From a virus (lineage: Duplodnaviria; Heunggongvirae; Uroviricota; Caudoviricetes), in the IMG/VR virus record IMGVR_UViG_3300012983_000030: DNA of 64,000 bases, one strand, 5' to 3'. The notes beneath the pieces were generated by a model. That model searched no databases. It was not told where the DNA came from and was given only the letters and a program-made list of their open reading frames with translations. Position 1 is the first letter of the stretch, and every line of letters begins with the position of its first letter. The position numbers and the translations under genes are program-made. Shown one piece after another: positions 58,707 through 64,000 of this stretch.

Positions 58707-59837
58707 ATGGCTTCTATTCAAAGTAAAGTAATTCATCGTTTTATAAGACCTATTTCTGAGTATGAAAGAGGTGGGTCTTATTATACTCAAGTTATACCTT
58801 TAGATACTCAAGCTTATGCAATATATCCCGCAGAAGCAGAAAAAGTAGGTTTATGGTATGTACTTGGTGATGGTGATCATACCTATACTGAAATTCGTGA
58901 TGGTAAAGGTAGTAAGGAATCTGCAAAAGAATATCCAGTATTTTCTGAAGAAAATTCTTATACTAAAGCTGAAATTGATAGTATTCTCAAAGAACTTCAT
59001 CAATTTAATGTAGTAATATTAGATGAATTACCTGAAGAAGGTGATTTAAGTACTTTTTATTTAATAAATAAAAAAGCAGAAGAAGATGTTACAAAAACTG
59101 AAGAAAATCAATATGATGAATATCTTTGGATTGGTGATAGATTTGAATTAATTGGTACTACCGGTAATTTTCTTACTAAAAAAGATTTAGTTGCATCAAA
59201 TGTTCAATATACTAATATTAATTTTGCAGCAATTACTAATGTACAAGAAGCTTTAGATTACTTGTTATACGCCAAACCAGAAGTAAGATTATACGGTGGT
59301 GAAATTTATGAAAAAGGTTACTGCTGTGAATGTGTAGATTTATGGTGGGAAGTAAATAAAGAAGTTACAACACAATATATAAATAATGGTGTTGGTACAA
59401 TAGATTGTACTTTACGTAATTTATCTATTGAAGATGCAAATATAGAAGATGATACTACCTTTACTATTACGGTAAGTGATGGTAAAAATAAAGCAAGTGC
59501 GTCAACAAAAATTTCTTTTGCACAAAAAATTTATTGGGGTGTTTCTCCAAATACTGAATTATCACAAGAAGAAATCTTAAACTTTGATAATGAATTTGAA
59601 AACGTTACTGAAAATACTTGTGTATTTAATTGCTCAGGAGGTAAATATTTTTATATAGTTGCCCCCGCTAAATACCATAATGATTTTATGTTTAAAATTA
59701 ATGGTTTTATATTTAGTGACATGGAAGAAACTAGTTTGATGTTAAGAAATGCAAGTGGATACGAAGACGAGTATATAGTATATAGATCTAATAATATTCA
59801 AACTGGTTCTACGATAGAAGTGGAGTATATTATATGA
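58707..59837 (+). CDS. virion structural protein with Ig-like C-terminal domains
   Basis: YDEYLW...FELIG, NVQEALD and KIYWGV motifs common to phage fibre/decoration proteins. Confidence 0.6.
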   Translation: MASIQSKVIHRFIRPISEYERGGSYYTQVIPLDTQAYAIYPAEAEKVGLWYVLGDGDHTYTEIRDGKGSKESAKEYPVFSEENSYTKAEIDSILKELHQFNVVILDELPEEGDLSTFYLINKKAEEDVTKTEENQYDEYLWIGDRFELIGTTGNFLTKKDLVASNVQYTNINFAAITNVQEALDYLLYAKPEVRLYGGEIYEKGYCCECVDLWWEVNKEVTTQYINNGVGTIDCTLRNLSIEDANIEDDTTFTITVSDGKNKASASTKISFAQKIYWGVSPNTELSQEEILNFDNEFENVTENTCVFNCSGGKYFYIVAPAKYHNDFMFKINGFIFSDMEETSLMLRNASGYEDEYIVYRSNNIQTGSTIEVEYII

Positions 59838-60343
59838 CAAATATTAGAGGAACTAATGTTGCATCTGGTATAGTACCTTTTACAACAGAAGATAATTTTC
59901 CTACACATTATTCTAAATATGGCAAAGGTGGCTGGCGTGAAGTAAATACAATAGCTGAGCGTGATGATATACCAGAAGCTCGTCGTTCTGTGGGTATGAT
60001 CGTATACGTTGTTGATAATAACATTGCCTATATTTTGAAAGGTGGCATAACTAATGATAATTGGTTTGCCGCAGATATTGGTAGTTCGTCTGCTAATGAT
60101 AAAACTTATCAGTACGATCATACCGAAGAAGCAAGTGAAACTTGGGAAATTACTCATAATTTAGGTAAATATCCTAGTGTCACTGTAGTGGATACAGCTG
60201 GTACAATAATAGAATGTGAAGTTAAATATTTAAGTTTAGATACTGTATTATTAAACTTCTTTTCTGGTACTATAGTAGATCCAAATACCGGCGAGATAAA
60301 AGACAGAAAAATTCCTCAAAGAGGAAAAGCCTATTTGAATTAA
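59834..60343 (+). CDS. virion structural protein
   Basis: GKGGWR.V..ERD.IP..RR..GM and W.ITHNLGKYPSVTVVD motifs. Confidence 0.65.
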   Translation: MTNIRGTNVASGIVPFTTEDNFPTHYSKYGKGGWREVNTIAERDDIPEARRSVGMIVYVVDNNIAYILKGGITNDNWFAADIGSSSANDKTYQYDHTEEASETWEITHNLGKYPSVTVVDTAGTIIECEVKYLSLDTVLLNFFSGTIVDPNTGEIKDRKIPQRGKAYLN

Positions 60344-60383
60344 AACGTTTTAATTAAAATAAGATATAATGGAGATTTAACAT

Positions 60384-62207
60384 ATGTCTAAAAAGTTTTT
60401 AGTCGCTCTTGATCTTAATAAAAACGAATTAAGAAATGCAGTATTACAAAATCTTACAGTTGCTCCTGAAAACGCTGTAAACGGTTTAGCTTATTATGAT
60501 GCTGCAGAAAATAAATTCTGTTTTTATGAGAACGGACAATGGACAAAATATGCTACATTAAGCGATTTACAAACAGGATTAGCTGGTAAAATAGATACAG
60601 CTACTTATGAAGCTAAAATTGCTGAATTAGAACAAGCTATTGCCGCTAAAGTTGAACAATCTGCTTATGATGCTAAGATGGGTGAACTTGACCAAGCTAT
60701 CGCTGGTAAAGTTGAAACTTCTGATTATGAAACACACCTCCAAGAATTTGGTACAGTAAAATCAGATGTAGAAACACTTAAAACTACTAAAGTTGATGCT
60801 GATCAATATAATACAGATTTACAAACTTTAAATGCTAAAGACGAAGAACTCAGTCAAGCTGTTGCTAATACATATACTAAAGAAGAAGTTGACACTAAGA
60901 TTGCTGAAAAAGATTCTTTACCTGATCAAACTGGACACGCTGGTGAATTTTTGACAACTAATGGTACTGAAGATGCTTGGTCTGCACTTCCTGTTGCTTC
61001 TGCTGAAACAGCCGGTATTGTTAAAGTTGGTCAAAATTTAACAATTGAAGATGGTGTATTAAATGCTGTTGTTCCTGAAGATTTAGTAAAATCTGTAAAT
61101 GGTGAAACAGGTGAAGTTGTAGTTAAAGCTATTCAGAATGCTAATACTGACGCTACTATGATTAAAGTATGGGTTGGTTCAAAAGAAGAATATGATGCTT
61201 TAACAGAAAAAGCTGAAGATACATTATACTATGTACAAAAAGATGGCGAAGCTGTTGACATTTATGAATTATTAGATGGTAAACAAGATAAATTAACAGC
61301 TGGTACAAACATCGAATTAGTTGCTCAAGAAGATGGTACAGTATTAATTAATAATACTTATGCTTTAAAAGCAGCTACTGCTGAAACATTAGGTGCAGTT
61401 AAAGTTGGTGCTAACTTAACAATCGATGAATCAGGTGTATTAAATGCAGCTGGTGCAGTTGTATCTGTTAATGGTCAAACAGGTGTTGTTGTTTTAGATA
61501 AAGCTTCTGTTGGTTTAGATAAAGTAGATAACACAGCTGACTTAGATAAACCTATTTCTACAGCTACTCAAGCTGCTTTAGATGGTAAAGCTGATAAAGC
61601 TACAACATTAGCTGGTTATGGTATCGCAGACGCTTATACAAAAGAAGAAGTTGATGCTAAAGTTGCTTCTGTTTACAAATTTAAAGGTTCTGTTGAAACT
61701 GTTGCTGAATTACCAACAGAAGGTAATGTAGAAGGTGACGTTTATAATGTAAAAGCAACTGGTGAAAATTATGCATGGGTTGCTGCTACTGATGATGAAG
61801 CTGGTCACTGGGATGATTTAGGTGGTGACATTGATTTAACACCTTATATCACAGCTGAACAAATTGCTGAAACATACTTAAACAAAACAGACGCTGCTAA
61901 TACATACTTAGCTAAGACAGATGCTGAAACAATTTATGCTACTAAAGAAGAAGTTGGTATCGTAAGTGGTAATGCAGTTGCTAAAGCAAGCTTTACAAAT
62001 GAAGCTTTGACTCCAGCAAATGGCGTTGCTACATGGACAATTACTCATGAGTATGGTGAAGACGTTGTTGTAGCTCTTAAAGAAGTTGCTACTGGTGACG
62101 AAGTTGTAGCTGATATTACTCAAGGTGCTGGTACTGTAACTATTAAAATGAATGCTTCTGCAGAAATTTTAGCTGGTACATATAAAGCAGTAATTATGGG
62201 TATATAA
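60384..62207 (+). CDS. tail fibre-like protein with internal repeats
   Basis: Two copies of A.AET.G.VKVG.NLTI...GVLNA...V.SVNG.TG.VV; YTKEEVD repeats; YKFKGSV. Confidence 0.7.
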   Translation: MSKKFLVALDLNKNELRNAVLQNLTVAPENAVNGLAYYDAAENKFCFYENGQWTKYATLSDLQTGLAGKIDTATYEAKIAELEQAIAAKVEQSAYDAKMGELDQAIAGKVETSDYETHLQEFGTVKSDVETLKTTKVDADQYNTDLQTLNAKDEELSQAVANTYTKEEVDTKIAEKDSLPDQTGHAGEFLTTNGTEDAWSALPVASAETAGIVKVGQNLTIEDGVLNAVVPEDLVKSVNGETGEVVVKAIQNANTDATMIKVWVGSKEEYDALTEKAEDTLYYVQKDGEAVDIYELLDGKQDKLTAGTNIELVAQEDGTVLINNTYALKAATAETLGAVKVGANLTIDESGVLNAAGAVVSVNGQTGVVVLDKASVGLDKVDNTADLDKPISTATQAALDGKADKATTLAGYGIADAYTKEEVDAKVASVYKFKGSVETVAELPTEGNVEGDVYNVKATGENYAWVAATDDEAGHWDDLGGDIDLTPYITAEQIAETYLNKTDAANTYLAKTDAETIYATKEEVGIVSGNAVAKASFTNEALTPANGVATWTITHEYGEDVVVALKEVATGDEVVADITQGAGTVTIKMNASAEILAGTYKAVIMGI

Positions 62208-62228
62208 TTCATAATTTGATATAAAGAG

Positions 62229-62261
62229 AAAGAGCCTTATTTAATTTAAGGCTCTTTTTTT
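62229..62261. terminator. bidirectional terminator
   Basis: aaagagcctta...taaggctcttt between convergent operons. Confidence 0.8.
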
Positions 62262-62338
62262 GGCTTTAGAAGCAGCATTTTATTTTTTCTTAATAAAGTA
62301 TATTTTTAACTAAAATTATATTCTGTGGTCAAATTTTG

Positions 62339-62587
62339 CTACTTTATGCTTTCGATTAAATCGTTTGTAATTTTGTTTTGTGTTTTTTCAGCATTATCTT
62401 GAGTTTGATAGCAAAGAATTATCTCAGTAAACGTTTTATCATTCTCTAAACAATTATAATCATAATTTGTTTGTGTAAACTGATTTGTAGATATAAGTAT
62501 AGTTTGTTCAGTAGTACAACCTGTTAATATACCAAACAAAAACATAAAAAAGATTAATAATGCAATAAATCTACAGAATTTTCTCAT
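62339..62587 (-). CDS. o-spanin-like lipoprotein
   Basis: Signal peptide with lipobox LTGC; downstream of the i-spanin-like gene. Confidence 0.6.
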   Translation of the reverse strand: MRKFCRFIALLIFFMFLFGILTGCTTEQTILISTNQFTQTNYDYNCLENDKTFTEIILCYQTQDNAEKTQNKITNDLIESIK

Positions 62588-62898
62588 TACTTATTTTTCC
62601 TTAAATAATCTAATAACTCTTTAGAAGGTTTCACGTCACCACAATTATCTTTTGGTATGTTATTTAGTCTATCTTTATATTTATCTTTAATAGCTGCTAT
62701 TTCTTTATCTTTAGTGATGTTATATTCAACTAATCTATCTTTATCTTGTTTTAAAGTAATAATATTTTTTTCTGCTACTGATAATTTTTGTATAGTTGAT
62801 TCTAATTCTTTTTTAGTATTTTTTAATAAGCAACCTAATATAATAACAGTGATGATTAAAATGCACAATGAAATATAAATGATTTTATTTAAAGTCAT
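62587..62898 (-). CDS. i-spanin-like protein
   Basis: N-terminal TM, coiled coil and a C-terminal Cys. Confidence 0.6.
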   Translation of the reverse strand: MTLNKIIYISLCILIITVIILGCLLKNTKKELESTIQKLSVAEKNIITLKQDKDRLVEYNITKDKEIAAIKDKYKDRLNNIPKDNCGDVKPSKELLDYLRKNK

Positions 62899-62935
62899 GA
62901 TTTAACTCCTTTTATTTAAAATAGAACTATATAAA

Positions 62936-62961
62936 ATAAAAGACTGTCAAAAAGGCAGTCT
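62936..62961 (-). terminator. intrinsic terminator after holin
   Basis: agactgtc...ggcagtct hairpin with A-run. Confidence 0.5.
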
Positions 62962-62985
62962 CGTATATTTTATTACAGATGTTAA

Positions 62986-63318
62986 TTATTTTGTTTTATC
63001 AGAATTCACTTTAGCGATATGATTAACTACCGTTTTCAAAATATCAAAACAATAATCTAAGAAAGCTATTCCTGCTACACCTGATATACCAGCTGCTGCC
63101 ATAATCCAATTTTTATGTTCAAAATCAGGTGCAAATAAACCAATAATTATACCACAAAAGCCGGATATAAATACATTGGAAAGAAATCTGCGCCATTGAA
63201 ACTCTGTATCTAATTTAGATAACTCTTTTGCAGTACCACCCAAAAGAGCTAAAATAAAACAAAGAAACAGAGTTAAATATTCTGGTTCTCTACTGCCATT
63301 TTCCATTTTGCTTCTCAT
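62986..63318 (-). CDS. holin (LydA-like, ~3 TM)
   Basis: LGG, ISGF.G...G and A.AGISG..G motifs; adjacent to spanins. Confidence 0.75.
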   Translation of the reverse strand: MRSKMENGSREPEYLTLFLCFILALLGGTAKELSKLDTEFQWRRFLSNVFISGFCGIIIGLFAPDFEHKNWIMAAAGISGVAGIAFLDYCFDILKTVVNHIAKVNSDKTK

Positions 63319-63920
63319 TCTTTCAAATCGATTCTTTTACGATTTTGTCTTAAATATTTTGCGTATCCGACTAAAATCCAATTCAACAATGAAGTAAATA
63401 ATAATAGTAATCCAACTGAAATTTGTAATTCTTTATCTATTGCATCTAAAGGATAATTTGTAACACCAACAAGAACTAAATATTCATTATTTTCTATAGT
63501 AATCCAACGATAATCCCAATACATTGGACGGGCTGCACATAATCCATATCTAAAAGAACCTCTTTCGTTCTTCATCATTTCATTTTTTAATTCTTCTACT
63601 TCATATGGATGCTTTTTAAATCTAAATGGACAATTGCTAGTATGATAACGCTCATGAATGCGTTTTAGATCTTTTGTTAAAATATATGTATGTGTATCAA
63701 GAAATGCATCTATTGTATTTAATGCTAATAAAGTATTATCTTTTGTTTGTAAATGTTCAACAAAATTTACTAATTGATATTTTTCATTTGATTGTCTAAT
63801 TAAATCTCTAGTATACAATCTATTAAATAAATTAATAAAATATATACTACCAATGGTCATAATGAAAACAGGTATGCACCATAAAAATTTCTTAAACAGT
63901 GATCTAATTTTGTATCTCAT
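63315..63920 (-). CDS. two-TM membrane protein with extracytoplasmic domain
   Basis: Hydrophobic segments near both termini; ATGA-coupled to the holin. Confidence 0.65.
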   Translation of the reverse strand: MRYKIRSLFKKFLWCIPVFIMTIGSIYFINLFNRLYTRDLIRQSNEKYQLVNFVEHLQTKDNTLLALNTIDAFLDTHTYILTKDLKRIHERYHTSNCPFRFKKHPYEVEELKNEMMKNERGSFRYGLCAARPMYWDYRWITIENNEYLVLVGVTNYPLDAIDKELQISVGLLLLFTSLLNWILVGYAKYLRQNRKRIDLKE

Positions 63921-64000
63921 AATAGTTTTCCTAGAAGTAGTCCTTGAAATTATTATATATAGTAGAACTTTATAAACTATATGTGATATTCAGTATATAA

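Noticed and set aside
60990-61500. Repeats in the fibre gene as a diversity-generating retroelement TR/VR pair
   Set aside because: They are in-frame protein repeats; no reverse transcriptase and no adenine-specific mismatch pattern was seen.
2636-62878. Numerous short opposite-strand ORFs in the track (e.g. 2636, 3392, 5414, 7109, 13846, 17616, 19147, 21158, 26345, 27470, 34873, 43327, 52491, 59798, 61908, 62657)
   Set aside because: They overlap motif-bearing genes on the other strand, lack an RBS, and have the S/F/L-rich composition typical of shadow frames.
1-64000. Stop-codon reassignment, tRNAs, CRISPR arrays, introns/inteins
   Set aside because: Genes are full length in code 11, with TAG and TGA used as real stops. 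No cloverleaf, spacer-repeat array or split conserved gene was recognised by eye; tRNAscan/Infernal were not run.

Overview
This is a very AT-rich, gene-dense segment of a large T4-related (probably jumbo) phage using the standard genetic code; a spanin-like gene pair suggests a Gram-negative host. From left to right it holds: a partial AAA ATPase; a GH19 endolysin; a head module (scaffold, a 974-aa prohead protease with a long extension, neck, candidate internal head proteins, portal); two SAM-lyase-like genes with their own sigma70-type promoter; GroEL/GroES/thioredoxin, a phosphoesterase and a ClpP-like protease; a ~19.5 kb divergent cluster (28.7-48.1 kb) of 12 intact plus 1 degenerate radical-SAM genes; Rad50/Mre11-like genes, SSB, HNH, a sigma-like gene and DHFR; a candidate small RNA with an anti-Shine-Dalgarno loop; tail-fibre-like genes; and holin/spanins. 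The most striking candidate system is the radical-SAM cluster. Each of its two arms carries a ~220-aa protein with an unusual C-terminal tail (CHLNCHSNCHDQRSRR, or C-S10-C-S8), suggesting RiPP-like post-translational modification of phage proteins. A recurring GTTCTA + AT-rich motif precedes most operons and is a likely phage late promoter. No tRNA, rRNA or CRISPR array was seen. All family calls come from motif recognition by eye, not database searches.
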